Below are positions 17,443 through 27,575 of a stretch of DNA of 64,000 bases, piece after piece. Numbering within the stretch: the first letter of the stretch is position 1; each line of letters opens with the position of its first letter. The stretch lies in contig JBGPFC010000011.1 of the NCBI GenBank assembly GCA_041483195.1, positions 39,211 through 103,210 of the forward strand, given 5' to 3'. Source of the DNA: Candidatus Eiseniibacteriota bacterium (lineage in GTDB: Bacteria; Eisenbacteria; RBG-16-71-46). The translations under genes were made by a program, and so were the position numbers. The notes under the pieces are model-generated. The model did no database searches and was not told where the DNA came from. It saw only the letters and a program-made list of their open reading frames with translations.

Positions 17443-20241
17443 CTAGAAGTCCACATCAAACTGCAGCCTCCATTGCGCGCCGGGGCCATAATTCGACGGG
17501 TCGTCAGCGGTGCCGGTCTTCACGTAGTTGCTGAGCCCATGGACGTAGGCGGGATCGAACTGGCCCTGCCCCCAGAGATAGCCTCTGCCCGTGACCGGGT
17601 CCACGCGGTTGATCAGGTAGTCGTTGAAGATGTTCGTGCCCTGGAGGCTCACGTCGATGCGGCGGCCCCCGACCTCGACCCAGCGGTCGACCTTGAGATC
17701 CGTGGTGATCTGGAAGGGCGCGTTCTTCGAGGAGGGCAGACCGATCGGGTTCTGATCCGCGAGGTCGTATGGCGTGTACGCGCGCCCCGACTGTCCCTGC
17801 ATGAAGACATTGAGACCGGTCTGTCGAAACCACCCGAGGCCGGCCGGCGGGCTCTTGTCGAATCGCAGGTCCAGGTTGCCGGTGAGCTTGTGCGGCCGGT
17901 TCCAGGTCACGAACACTTCGGACAGGCGAGTCTCGCTCGCACCCCCGATCTCCTGCAGCGCCTTCGCCTCGTTCGGGTTGCTGCTCTTGCCCTTCGTCTG
18001 CTGGTACGAGTACGACAGCCGGGCCGACCAGTTGTTCGAGCGGCGCTTCTCGACTTCCAGCTCGAAGCCCTTCGAGCGCGAGAAGTGCCCATTCAGGTAG
18101 ATGAAGTACGACTGGAGGTTTCCCGCGAGCGGGTCCACGCGCGTGGCACTCGGGTAGTCGTACACGTCGCGCACGAAGAACGTGACGTTGGCGGCCGCCG
18201 TCGGGAGGAACTGGTGCTTCGCGCCGACCTCGTAGTTCACCGAGATCTGGGGGTTGATGTTCGGATTTCCCTGAAGCGGGAAGGACTCGCTCGAGATCGA
18301 GTTCAGCTTCGAGTACACGTAACGATACGACGGGATCTGCGTGAACTCGCCGTAGTTGAAGAAGAAGCTGCTCTTCTCGGTAATCGGGTGCGACACGATC
18401 AGGCGCGGCGAGAGGTGCACCTTCATCCGCCGTCCGTACAACGAGCGCGTCGCATCGTAGAAGCCGTTGCGCTGGGTGGCCGCGATGTTGTGGCGCGAGG
18501 TGTCCGCCAGCGCGCGCTCGGCCTCCCGGCCGATCACCCAGTAGTCCCCGCGGAGGCCGGCATTCGCGACGAAGCCCTCGTATTCCAGGCGGTCGCGGAA
18601 GTACACGTCACCCACCCACGGGTGCACCGCCCACAGGTCGTGCGACTGCCCCAGCCCGTTCTTGTCGTCGAACCACGGAGACTCGATGTCGACGTATTGC
18701 ACGGTCTGAAACTGGTGCTCGAGCCCGGCCTCCACTTCGTTGTGGTGCACGCGCTGCGTGATGTTCCATTCGAGGTTCCAGCTGGTGGTGCGCCGGTCGG
18801 ACCACTGGTAGTTGTCACCCTTGTCGAGGAAGAAGTCGTCGCGGCGGGGATCCCCGACCGGGAAGGAACGGTCGGCGACCAGGCCGGACTCGACGTATTG
18901 GGTCCACGGCTTGCCGCCCACGTCCTGACGCTGCGCGAAGAAGTAGCGCGAGACCTGCGCCTCGGTGTAGCCCGTCGTCGAGAGCGTCCGCCGCCACTGC
19001 AGGGACGATTGAACGTTGTCCTCGAAGAAGGTCGCGGCGTGGTCGATGCGGTGCGCCCACTGCCACGGGTATGCCGGATCCCCGAGGTCGCCCTGCGCGG
19101 TGAGGAACGTGCGGCTGAAACCCTGGTCGATGGCGATGCGCTTCGAGAACGTGTAGGTGAACTTGTCCTCGCCGCTCGGCTTCCAGGTCAATCCGTACCG
19201 GCCGGCCCAGCGGTTGTCCTCCGCCGGCGACCACCGGTCGGAGTAGCGGAACGGGATGCCGAAGAACGTGTCCTCGTAGCTCGAGTGCAGGCGCGGGTGA
19301 AGACCCTGCGGCAGGAGCGTGGAGTGGCTGAAGCCCGGGTCGCGGCCCTGGAGGTAGCTGTATCGGGTCTCGTAGAACGAACTCGAGAAGTCCACGATGG
19401 TCGTGACCGAGCCGGGGACTTTGAGACCGGCGCGCCGCAGCAGGGGAGCCCAGACCGGATCGGGACCGCCCGACACCAGCTGCCACATGCGGCCGCCGTA
19501 GCTGCCCCCCGACGTCGTGATTCCGGTCTCGAATTTGTCCGTGCCCTCCTTGAGCTTGATCTCGACCACGCCCGAGAGGGCGTTGCCGTAGCGGACGTCG
19601 TAAGCGCCGGTCGCGACGTTCACCTCGGACACCGAGCGCGCGTTGAGCTGGCCGGCGGTGGACTGTCCGGTGACGAGGTCGCGGTTCGCCACTCCGTTCA
19701 CGAGGAAGAGCGTCTCGTCGGTGCGGCCGCCGCGCACGTGGATCTGCTCGGCGTCGGTGCTGATGCCGGCCTGCTGCTGGAGCACGTCGCCGATGGTCGT
19801 CACCGCGAGATTGCGGATGTCGCCGGCGTTCACGCTGCGGATGGTCGCGCCCTGCCGCACCTCGACGAGCCGGCGCTCGGCGGTGACCTCGACCTGCTTC
19901 TCCTCGTGCACGACGATGTCCTGCAGCTCGAAGTTGAGCGTGGTGGGCTTGCCCGCGACGACCACGACGCCGGGCCGCGCCTCCGGCCGGTAGCCGAGGA
20001 ACTGCACCTTGACCTCGTAGGTGCCGGGCGGCAGGCCGGGGACCTGGAACTGCCCCTCGGAATCCGTCAGGCCGCCGCGTTTCGCCTCGGTGATCGAGAC
20101 CGTCGCGAAGGGAATGGCGTGTCCGGTCCGCTTGTCCGTGACGTGTCCCGAGATGCTGCCCCGGTCCTGGGCAGCAGCGGGAAGCGCCAGCAGGAAAAGC
20201 GACAAGGCGAGCAGCGTGGCGGGCGGGAGGTGTCGTGGCAT
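17443..20241 (-). CDS. TonB-dependent receptor with N-terminal carboxypeptidase-regulatory-like domain
   Basis: Signal peptide, GSISGHVTD...TDSEGQF domain, plug HVRGGRTDE...GAYDVRYGNALSGVV, GNPNINPQISVNYEVG, terminal Phe. Confidence 0.9.
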   Translation of the reverse strand: MPRHLPPATLLALSLFLLALPAAAQDRGSISGHVTDKRTGHAIPFATVSITEAKRGGLTDSEGQFQVPGLPPGTYEVKVQFLGYRPEARPGVVVVAGKPTTLNFELQDIVVHEEKQVEVTAERRLVEVRQGATIRSVNAGDIRNLAVTTIGDVLQQQAGISTDAEQIHVRGGRTDETLFLVNGVANRDLVTGQSTAGQLNARSVSEVNVATGAYDVRYGNALSGVVEIKLKEGTDKFETGITTSGGSYGGRMWQLVSGGPDPVWAPLLRRAGLKVPGSVTTIVDFSSSFYETRYSYLQGRDPGFSHSTLLPQGLHPRLHSSYEDTFFGIPFRYSDRWSPAEDNRWAGRYGLTWKPSGEDKFTYTFSKRIAIDQGFSRTFLTAQGDLGDPAYPWQWAHRIDHAATFFEDNVQSSLQWRRTLSTTGYTEAQVSRYFFAQRQDVGGKPWTQYVESGLVADRSFPVGDPRRDDFFLDKGDNYQWSDRRTTSWNLEWNITQRVHHNEVEAGLEHQFQTVQYVDIESPWFDDKNGLGQSHDLWAVHPWVGDVYFRDRLEYEGFVANAGLRGDYWVIGREAERALADTSRHNIAATQRNGFYDATRSLYGRRMKVHLSPRLIVSHPITEKSSFFFNYGEFTQIPSYRYVYSKLNSISSESFPLQGNPNINPQISVNYEVGAKHQFLPTAAANVTFFVRDVYDYPSATRVDPLAGNLQSYFIYLNGHFSRSKGFELEVEKRRSNNWSARLSYSYQQTKGKSSNPNEAKALQEIGGASETRLSEVFVTWNRPHKLTGNLDLRFDKSPPAGLGWFRQTGLNVFMQGQSGRAYTPYDLADQNPIGLPSSKNAPFQITTDLKVDRWVEVGGRRIDVSLQGTNIFNDYLINRVDPVTGRGYLWGQGQFDPAYVHGLSNYVKTGTADDPSNYGPGAQWRLQFDVDF

Positions 20242-20365
20242 GGGAATGGGCAGCGCTTTGGGCTGGAACCAAGAACCCTAAGGGAGCCGCCGCGGCAGGG
20301 TCAAGGCTTTCCTCACCTGCCCGGGCGCCCGGGGAGGGCCGGGAGCGCCGCGGGGGGCCATGGGG

Positions 20366-21442
20366 CTAGAGACCGGTCGAGCTTCGATCGTACTCGTGCG
20401 GGAACTCCTCCATGAAGATCCGGTCGATCTCGAGCGTCACCGCCCGCAGCACGCGCGCCTTCTGCGCGTACGGCAGGAACGAGCTCTTGAAACCGTTCAT
20501 GATGATGCGCTTCACCTCGTAGGGGCTGAGGCGGAAGGTGCGGGCCGCGATCGAGATTTCGTCCGTCATCGTGGTCGCCGAGATCAGCCGGCTGTCGGTG
20601 TTGAGCGTCACCCGCAGGCCCTTCTGGAAATAGTAGTGAAACGGATGGTCTCGCATGCTGCGCACGGCGCGGGTCTGCACGTTCGAACTCAGGCAGACTT
20701 CGAGCGGGATGCGGTGATCGTTGACGTAGGCCAGGAGGTCCGGGTCTTCGCGCAGCCGCGTGCCGTGACCGATGCGGTGCGCGCCGCAGTAGTGGAGCGC
20801 CTGGCCGATGCTGACCGGGCCGAACGCCTCGCCGGCATGCACCGTCGAATTGATGTTGTTCTTGAGGATCAGCTGGAACGCGGCGCGGTGGGCCTTCGCC
20901 GGATAGTCCTTCTCCTGTCCCGCCAGGTCGAACGCCAGCACGCCGCGGCCCTTGTACTCCACCGCGAGCTCGGCGAGCACCACCGAGAACTTGGGATTGA
21001 GCGAACGGATGCCGCAGATGATGACCCCGGTCGACATGCCGTACTTTCGTCCGGCCTCGGCGAGACCGGCGATCACCGGATCGACGATGTCCTCGAAGGC
21101 GAGACGCCTGCGCCGGTGCAGGATCGGCGAGTAACGCACCTCGAGATGCCGCACGTTCTCGGCGGCCGCGTCTTCGGCCAGCTCGTAGGCGACGCGATGC
21201 AGCGCCTCCTTCTGCTGCATCACGCTCAGCGTGAGATCGAAGATCTTGAGGTAGTCGGCGAGATTGCGCGTGCGGCGGCCGGCCTGCAGCAGCCGGGTGA
21301 GCTCCGGGATGCGGCGCGTCGGCAGCTTCACGCCCTGCTGATCCGCGAGCTCCAGCATGGTGCGCGGGCGCAGGCACCCGTCGAGATGGCAGTGAATGTC
21401 GGTCTTCGGCAGCCGCTGGATGACGCGCGCGGTCAGTCTCAT
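20366..21442 (-). CDS. add: Adenosine deaminase
   Basis: PKTDIHCHLDG, FDLAGQE, HAGE, RIGHG, LEVCLSSN and LNTD motifs; ATGA overlap with rpiB. Confidence 0.9.
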   Translation of the reverse strand: MRLTARVIQRLPKTDIHCHLDGCLRPRTMLELADQQGVKLPTRRIPELTRLLQAGRRTRNLADYLKIFDLTLSVMQQKEALHRVAYELAEDAAAENVRHLEVRYSPILHRRRRLAFEDIVDPVIAGLAEAGRKYGMSTGVIICGIRSLNPKFSVVLAELAVEYKGRGVLAFDLAGQEKDYPAKAHRAAFQLILKNNINSTVHAGEAFGPVSIGQALHYCGAHRIGHGTRLREDPDLLAYVNDHRIPLEVCLSSNVQTRAVRSMRDHPFHYYFQKGLRVTLNTDSRLISATTMTDEISIAARTFRLSPYEVKRIIMNGFKSSFLPYAQKARVLRAVTLEIDRIFMEEFPHEYDRSSTGL

Positions 21443-22008
21443 CGGCCACGCTCGAGCGCCATGATCTTCTGGACGCGGCGTTCGTGCCGTCCGCCTCCGA
21501 AGGGCGTCTCGAGAAACAGCCGCGCGAGCCGCGTGGCGAGACCGCGATTCACGACCCGGGAGCCGAGCGCCATCACGTTCGCGTCGTTGTGCTCGCGCGC
21601 GTTCACGGTGGTGACGTCGTCGTGGCACAGGGCGCAGCGCACGCCGGGAATCTTGTTGGCGGCCATGCTGGATCCGATCCCGGCGGCGTCCACGACGATC
21701 CCTCGCGCGCAGCGTCCGTTCGCGACCTCGCGCGCGACCGCCGCCGCGAAGTCGGGATAGTCCACGGCATCGGTCGAGTGCGTGCCGCAGTCGTGCACAG
21801 TCCAGCCCAGATCCTCGGCGATCGCGCGCTTCAGGGTCTCCTTGAGGGCGAAGCCGCCGTGATCGGAGCCGATCGCGACGCGCCGCGAAGCGGCAGGAGC
21901 CGCGCCGGGCGCACGCGGCGCCGCGGCGGGCGCGGACTCGGGACCGAGCGCGCGTTCGACCGCCTCCCGGACCACCCGCCGCACTTCGGACTCGTCCACG
22001 TCGCGCAT
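21439..22008 (-). CDS. rpiB: Ribose-5-phosphate isomerase B with short N-terminal extension
   Basis: IGSDHGGFALK, VDYPDFA, GIGSSMAANKIPGVRCA, AREHNDANV and FGGGRHERRV motifs. Confidence 0.9.
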   Translation of the reverse strand: MRDVDESEVRRVVREAVERALGPESAPAAAPRAPGAAPAASRRVAIGSDHGGFALKETLKRAIAEDLGWTVHDCGTHSTDAVDYPDFAAAVAREVANGRCARGIVVDAAGIGSSMAANKIPGVRCALCHDDVTTVNAREHNDANVMALGSRVVNRGLATRLARLFLETPFGGGRHERRVQKIMALERGR

Positions 22009-22018
22009 AAGTGGACGG

Positions 22019-22047
22019 AGTCTAGGAACGTGGCCCGGGCCGGTCAA
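22019..22047 (-). promoter_or_regulatory. Putative sigma70-type promoter of rpiB-add
   Basis: TTGACC-17 bp-TAGACT, 10 nt before the ATG. Confidence 0.6.
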
Positions 22048-22167
22048 GCGCGCGGGAGCCTCGCGACCGCGTGCGGGCAGGTGCGCGCGGAGTGCGGGAA
22101 GCCGTACAATCATCCGCCACTGTCGCAAGCCCGCGCTCCCTCGCCCGGTCTTCCTGGAGGAATCTTC

Positions 22168-23541
22168 GTGACCTTCGTCCCGCTCACCCGCCGGCTCATC
22201 GCGCTGTGCTGGATGGCCAGCTTCGCGCTCCCTTCTCACGCGGCCGCCGCCGACGGCGCGCCGGTCGCGCTCCCGGACAGCACCGTCCTCGAGAGTTGGA
22301 CGCTTCCCAACGGCCTGCGCGTGGTGACGCGCCACGTTCCGTACTGCGGTTCGGTGGACGTCACGCTCGCCTACGGATTCGGGAACGCGGACGATCCGCT
22401 CGGCAGGGAGGGTCTGCACGCGCTGCTGGCCGAGCTCGAGTACATGGGCGCCACCGCCGAGGCCCCCGAACGTTCGCGCGGCGACATGTCGAGCCAGCGC
22501 CCGGCGGGGTGGGATCTCGCGCTCTCGCCGCACCTCACGCGCTTCTCGGAGCTCGCCGGCGTCCAGCAGTTTCCGGGTGTGCTGCACCAGGTCGCGACGC
22601 GTCTGCGTGGCGTGACCGTCACGGCGCCCGGCCTGCGCACGTGCCTGGGCGCGGTGCGCGCGGACCTCGATTCGAGCTATCGCGCCGATGTCGGCACGGC
22701 GCTCTACTACGGCGCCGCGATCTGGGCGCGCGGGGGCGACGACGCGAGGTGCGCGCGGATCGCGTCGGGAAAGGGGCTGCAGGGGCTGAACGCGCGCGAT
22801 CTCCAGCGGCAGCTGCGCGAAGCGTTCGTCCCCGCGAACGCGGTGCTCAGCATCGCGGGCAACCTCGCCTCGGTGCCGGTGCGCGCGCTGGTGCTGAACG
22901 AGTTCGGCTCGATCCCGGCGGGCAGCGCCTTCCCGGCCCCGGTCCACGCTGCCCTCGACTCGGCCAGCTGCGCGACGGCGCGGCGCGAGGCGCGCGGCGC
23001 GGCGGGGGTGGTGGGCCTGTTCGCCCCGGCGCTCACCGACAGCACGCATCCCGCCTTCCTCATGCAGCTGCTGCTGGCCGGCGGACACTGCGCGGATCGA
23101 TGGGGCGCGGCCGATCCGCCGCTCCGTTCGCGCTTTCAGTACGCGGTGCTCGACGACCCGGAAATCGCGCGCTTTTACGCGCCGGTGCAGGCCGACGCGA
23201 AGGACCCGGACGTCATGACCGTGGAGTTCACATCGACGCTCGGCGAGGTGAACGCGATGATCGTGGAGCCCAAGACCTACCAGCAGATCTGGCGCAGCGT
23301 GGACTGGCTGCTGGGCGGTCCCCTGCCGCCCGAGCTGGGGAAGCGGGTGCTGAAGGACGCCGGCACGCTGCACGCGCTCGCGTCGGGCATGGCGGCGCGC
23401 GAGCTGTGGGGCGGCGAGCCGTTCTGGTCAGAGTACCGGCGGCGCTTCCGCGACGCGATCGATCACCCGTTCCCCAAGTGGTACGAATGGTTCGTGGCCC
23501 CGGAACACCGGGTCGCGCTGCTGATGGTGCCGAGGCCGTGA
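22168..23541 (+). CDS. M16 (insulinase) family peptidase-like protein, probably catalytically inactive, secreted
   Basis: GGAGG plus GTG start; signal peptide; WTLPNGLRVV...GNADDPLGREGLHALLAEL (HxxEH replaced); FVPANAVLSIAGN. Confidence 0.7.
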   Translation: MTFVPLTRRLIALCWMASFALPSHAAAADGAPVALPDSTVLESWTLPNGLRVVTRHVPYCGSVDVTLAYGFGNADDPLGREGLHALLAELEYMGATAEAPERSRGDMSSQRPAGWDLALSPHLTRFSELAGVQQFPGVLHQVATRLRGVTVTAPGLRTCLGAVRADLDSSYRADVGTALYYGAAIWARGGDDARCARIASGKGLQGLNARDLQRQLREAFVPANAVLSIAGNLASVPVRALVLNEFGSIPAGSAFPAPVHAALDSASCATARREARGAAGVVGLFAPALTDSTHPAFLMQLLLAGGHCADRWGAADPPLRSRFQYAVLDDPEIARFYAPVQADAKDPDVMTVEFTSTLGEVNAMIVEPKTYQQIWRSVDWLLGGPLPPELGKRVLKDAGTLHALASGMAARELWGGEPFWSEYRRRFRDAIDHPFPKWYEWFVAPEHRVALLMVPRP

Positions 23542-23551
23542 GGCCGCGCCC

Positions 23552-23857
23552 TTAGCCCCGGGGCCAGCGAGCGGCGAGCGCCTCGAGCCTGCCGGCGAGC
23601 TCGACGTCGCGCGCGCTGATCCCGCCCGCGTCGTGCGTCGTGAGCTCGATCGTCACCGTGTCGTAAACGTTCGACCACTCGGGATGATGGTCCAGCTGCT
23701 GGACCAGCAGCGCGGCCGCCGACATGAAGCCCCAGGCCTCCACGAAGTCGTGAAAGCGATAGACGCGTCGCAACTTTCCGCCCGCGAGCTCCCAGACATG
23801 AAGCTCCCGCAGCGCCTGCGCGAGCGCATCGTCGGTGAGCCTGGCCACGTGTCCCAT
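23552..23857 (-). CDS. Pterin-4-alpha-carbinolamine dehydratase
   Basis: FHDFVEAWGFM...DHHPEWSNVYDTVTIELTTHDAGGISARD. Confidence 0.9.
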   Translation of the reverse strand: MGHVARLTDDALAQALRELHVWELAGGKLRRVYRFHDFVEAWGFMSAAALLVQQLDHHPEWSNVYDTVTIELTTHDAGGISARDVELAGRLEALAARWPRG

Positions 23858-23897
23858 CGTTCGCCTCCCTGATGCGCGGCGCGCCTCGCGCCGCGCG

Positions 23898-23926
23898 TTG
23901 ACCCTCACACCGTGCCTTGCTACCTT
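23898..23926 (+). promoter_or_regulatory. Putative sigma70-type promoter of udk
   Basis: TTGACC-17 bp-TACCTT with TG extended -10, 9 nt before the ATG. Confidence 0.6.
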
Positions 23927-23935
23927 GCGACGCGC

Positions 23936-24583
23936 ATGTCGCGGCGCATTCTCATCGGCATCGCCGGCGGATCCGGATCCGGCAAGACGCTGGTCGCCCG
24001 CACGATCGTGCGCGGCCTCGGCTCCGGACGAGTCGTCATCATCGACCAGGATTCCTACTACCGGAACCTCGAAGACATCCCGCTCGGAGAGCGCGAGTCC
24101 CGCAATTTCGACCATCCCGACGCGTTCGACAACGAGCTCATGCTGCGGCACGTCGAGGAGCTGCTCGCGGGCCGCACCATCGCCCAGCCCATCTACGACT
24201 ACGCAGAGCACCGGCGCCTCGAGGAGACGCGCGAGGTCGGCGAGCACCTGATCATCGTGCTCGAGGGCATCCTGATCTTCGTCGACCCGGCGCTGCGCGC
24301 GCTCATGGACATCAAGCTCTTCATCGACGCCGACGCCGACGTGCGTTTCATCCGCCGGCTGCGGCGCGACCTGGTCGAGCGCGGGCGTTCGGTGGACAGC
24401 ATCATCCGCCAGTACGAGGAGAGCGTGCGCCCCATGCACGAACAGTTCGTCGAGCCGTCCAAGCGATGGGCCGACGTCATCATCCCCGAAGGCGGGCACA
24501 ACCAGGTCGCGATCGACCTGGTGAAGACCAAGATCCGCGACCTGTTGCGCGAGCGAGGCGTCGAGCCGGTTCCCGCCGTCTGA
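23936..24583 (+). CDS. udk: Uridine kinase
   Basis: IGIAGGSGSGKT, QDSYY, NFDHPDAFD, VRPMHEQFVEPSKRWADVIIPEGG. Confidence 0.95.
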   Translation: MSRRILIGIAGGSGSGKTLVARTIVRGLGSGRVVIIDQDSYYRNLEDIPLGERESRNFDHPDAFDNELMLRHVEELLAGRTIAQPIYDYAEHRRLEETREVGEHLIIVLEGILIFVDPALRALMDIKLFIDADADVRFIRRLRRDLVERGRSVDSIIRQYEESVRPMHEQFVEPSKRWADVIIPEGGHNQVAIDLVKTKIRDLLRERGVEPVPAV

Positions 24584-24604
24584 ACCGCGCCTCACGCCCC
24601 GTGC

Positions 24605-26677
24605 TCAACGCGCGCGCGCGCTCGCCGTCGCCCGCGCACGCGGCGAACGCCCGGCACGCCCCGCCGGGGCCACCTCGCCCGCGATCAGGTGGTACGCGCG
24701 CAGCGCCTCCCCCACCGACCACGCCTGAGCGATGCAGCCGCACGGGGCGTGGGGCGGATCGCCGTTCGCGATCTCCGGGAGCGTGCCGGCGCCGTACGCC
24801 GCGATCAGGTCCGAGAGCGGCTCGAGCAGCTCGAGCGCGGCGGCGCGATCTCGATGCACCGCGAAATGCGCGAGCGCGTAGTGCGGCAGCAGCCACACCC
24901 AGGCCGTGCCCTGGTGGTACGCGCCGTCGCGCGCCCCCGGGTCTCCGCCGTAACGGCCGCAATAGCGCGCGTCGGACGGCGCGAGGCTCCGCAACCCGTG
25001 CGACGTGAGCAGCTCGCGGCCGCACGCCTCGAGGACCGCGCGCCGGCGCACGGGCGGGAGCGGCGAGTCCGGGAGCGACACCGCGAAGATCTGATTGGGG
25101 CGCAGCGAGGCGTCGGGGCCGGCGGGCGTGTCGATCACGTCGAACAGGCATCGCGCCTCTTCGTTCCAGAACCGGTCGAACGAACGCTCGACGCGCGCCG
25201 CCATGCGTTCGTACAGCTCGGGCGGGCGGCCCAGCTTCCGGGCGAACATGGCCATCGCGGTGAGCGCGTTGTACCAGAGGGCGTTCACCTCGACCGCCTT
25301 GCCCTGCCGCGGGGTCACCACCCAGTCGCCCACCTTCGCGTCCATCCACGTGAGCTGCACGCCGGGCTCGCCATGGTCGAGCAGGCCGTCGCGCGCGTCC
25401 ACCCGGATGCCGAAGCGCGTGCCGCGCTCGGCCCACGCGCCGATGTCCTCGAGCACCGGGAACAGGTCGCCGAGAAAGGCGAGATCCGAGGTGGCCTCGA
25501 AGTGCGAGCGCACCGCCTGGAACATCCAGAGCGCGGCGTCCACCGTGTTGTAGAGCGGCGGTCCGCCCGCGTCCGGGAACAGGTTCGGCAGCATGCCCTG
25601 GTCCACGTGCCGCGCGAAGGTCGCGAGGATCGCGCGCGCCACGGCGGGCCGCCCGCAGGCGAGCGTCACGCCCGGAAGCGCGATCATGCTGTCGCGTCCC
25701 CAGTCGGCGAACCACGGATAGCCCGCGATGATCGTGCGCCCATTGGGTTCGAGCGGGCTCGCGCGCTCGACGACGAAGGCGTCGGCGGCGAGCACCAGCT
25801 GCCGCACCCATGGCGGGGCGGCGCGCGAGACGCGCGGCGCGGCCTCGCCCCAGGCTTCGAGCAGGCTCTTCTCGTGCGCGCGACGCCTCGAGAGCGCGCC
25901 GGCCAGCGAGAGCGCCCCGCGCCCGCCGCGCCCCGCGTCGTGCCGCGTGCTCGCGATCACGGTCATCACCTCGCCGGGCGCGAGCCGCGCCACGATCTCG
26001 GCGGCGCACAGGTGGTCCTCCACGCTCTCGAGCCCGCGCTCGGCCTCGCGCGCGAGCGCGAACCCGCGATACGCGTCGTCCATCGGCCGCGTCTCGGCGC
26101 CTGGAGCGAACAGCCAGAGCGGGGTCGCGCCATCGAAGGGCTCGATGCGCAGTCCGTCGGTCGCCGGCTCGATCGAAGCGTTCCACTCGCCGCGCGCCGT
26201 GACCGCGTGCATGTCGCGATGGTCGACCAGCGCGCGCAGCGCGAGCAGCGCAGGCGCGTGACCGGCCGCGAGCCGGTACTGGACGTAGGTCGTGTTCTCG
26301 CCGTGCTCCATCCACACGCGCTTCTCGAGCCGAGTGTCCCCGATCGCCCAGGTCCAGCGCGGGATCGCGCCTTCGAGGACGAACGATTCGAGATGAATCG
26401 GGGCGGCGGGCGTGAGCGCGCCATCCGACCAGCGATTGGCGTCGAGCTCGAACGTCGCATCGTCGATCGTGAGCCGCTCGGTGAGCTTGGCGAGCAGCAG
26501 GGTGCGGCCCACCGGAGGCTTGAGGGCCGCGATCAGCAGGCCGTGATATCGGCGGCTGAGCGCGCCGGAGACGGTCCCGGAGGCGAAGCCGCCGATGCCG
26601 TTCGTGACCAGCCATTCGAGACGCTCGGCGCGCCCATCCGGGGCGAGCCGGTCTCGTCCATAGCGCAGCGTGTTCAT
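24605..26677 (-). CDS. Amylo-alpha-1,6-glucosidase (glycogen debranching enzyme family)
   Basis: EWLVTNGIGGFAS, IIAGYPWFADWGRD, LTWMDAK, LRPNQIFA, YHQGTAW and AQAWSVGE motifs. Confidence 0.92.
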   Translation of the reverse strand: MNTLRYGRDRLAPDGRAERLEWLVTNGIGGFASGTVSGALSRRYHGLLIAALKPPVGRTLLLAKLTERLTIDDATFELDANRWSDGALTPAAPIHLESFVLEGAIPRWTWAIGDTRLEKRVWMEHGENTTYVQYRLAAGHAPALLALRALVDHRDMHAVTARGEWNASIEPATDGLRIEPFDGATPLWLFAPGAETRPMDDAYRGFALAREAERGLESVEDHLCAAEIVARLAPGEVMTVIASTRHDAGRGGRGALSLAGALSRRRAHEKSLLEAWGEAAPRVSRAAPPWVRQLVLAADAFVVERASPLEPNGRTIIAGYPWFADWGRDSMIALPGVTLACGRPAVARAILATFARHVDQGMLPNLFPDAGGPPLYNTVDAALWMFQAVRSHFEATSDLAFLGDLFPVLEDIGAWAERGTRFGIRVDARDGLLDHGEPGVQLTWMDAKVGDWVVTPRQGKAVEVNALWYNALTAMAMFARKLGRPPELYERMAARVERSFDRFWNEEARCLFDVIDTPAGPDASLRPNQIFAVSLPDSPLPPVRRRAVLEACGRELLTSHGLRSLAPSDARYCGRYGGDPGARDGAYHQGTAWVWLLPHYALAHFAVHRDRAAALELLEPLSDLIAAYGAGTLPEIANGDPPHAPCGCIAQAWSVGEALRAYHLIAGEVAPAGRAGRSPRARATASARAR

Positions 26678-26844
26678 GGTTTCCCCCCGGTCCGTCGAGT
26701 GGTGGAGGGGTCTTGCGCGGATGCTAGTCCTCTCGTCGCTCCGATGCACGCGGGAAGATGGCCGGCGCCGGGAGCCCGCGGCGATCGCGGGCGGCGCCTC
26801 GGCCCGGCGGCTGCGGGCGAGGCTCGGAGCGGGTCGCGCTGGCG

Positions 26845-26873
26845 TTGACACCTCCCCACCCCTCCGATAGCGT
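26845..26873 (+). promoter_or_regulatory. Putative sigma70-type promoter of tdk and the downstream BMP gene
   Basis: TTGACA-17 bp-TAGCGT, 9 nt before the ATG. Confidence 0.6.
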
Positions 26874-26882
26874 GCCCCGGCC

Positions 26883-27575
26883 ATGTCCGAACCCACGCTT
26901 CCCTTTCCCGCTTCCGGCTGGATCGAAGTGATCGTCGGCAGCATGTACAGCGGCAAGACCGAGGAGCTGATCCGCCGCCTGCGCCGCGCCCAGATCGCGC
27001 GCCAGAAGGTGGAGATCTTCAAGCCGGCGATCGACATCCGCTACGCCCACGACGCGATCGTCTCGCACAGCGATCTGCGCATCCCCTCCCGCTCGATCCG
27101 CGAAGCGAAGGAGATCCTGCGTTACGCGCACGAGGCGCAGGTGATCGGGATCGACGAGGGACAGTTTCTGGGGCCCGACCTGGTCAAGGTCTGCCAGCGG
27201 CTCGCGCGACGCGGGAAGCGCGTGATCGTCGCCGGCCTCGACCAGGACTACGCGGCCCGCCCGTTCGAGCCCATGCCTCAGCTGCTGGCGGTCGCCGAGT
27301 ACATCACCAAGACGCTGGCGATCTGCATGGTCTGCGGCGCGCCGGCCAACCGCACCTATCGCAAGCAGAAGCGGGCCGGGCTCGTCGTGGTGGGCGGCGC
27401 CGATCTGTACGAGGCGCGCTGCCGCCGCTGTTACGAGCTCGGGGCGCGCGTCAGCGCGCCCGCGACTGCACTCTCACCGGGAGACACCCATGCCGTTCCG
27501 CCTCACCGTCCGCGCCGCCGTCGCGCTCGCGGCACTGGCCCTGCTGCTCTCCGGCTGCGCAAGCAAGACCACTGA
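26883..27575 (+). CDS. tdk: Thymidine kinase
   Basis: [37 protein letters not shown]...YEARCRRC. Confidence 0.95.
   Translation: MSEPTLPFPASGWIEVIVGSMYSGKTEELIRRLRRAQIARQKVEIFKPAIDIRYAHDAIVSHSDLRIPSRSIREAKEILRYAHEAQVIGIDEGQFLGPDLVKVCQRLARRGKRVIVAGLDQDYAARPFEPMPQLLAVAEYITKTLAICMVCGAPANRTYRKQKRAGLVVVGGADLYEARCRRCYELGARVSAPATALSPGDTHAVPPHRPRRRRARGTGPAALRLRKQDH

Noticed and set aside
27490..27575. 86-nt tdk/BMP overlap (and a similar lspA/rluD overlap) as possible frameshifts
   Set aside because: All conserved motifs are complete before the overlaps; most simply stop-codon drift in GC-rich DNA
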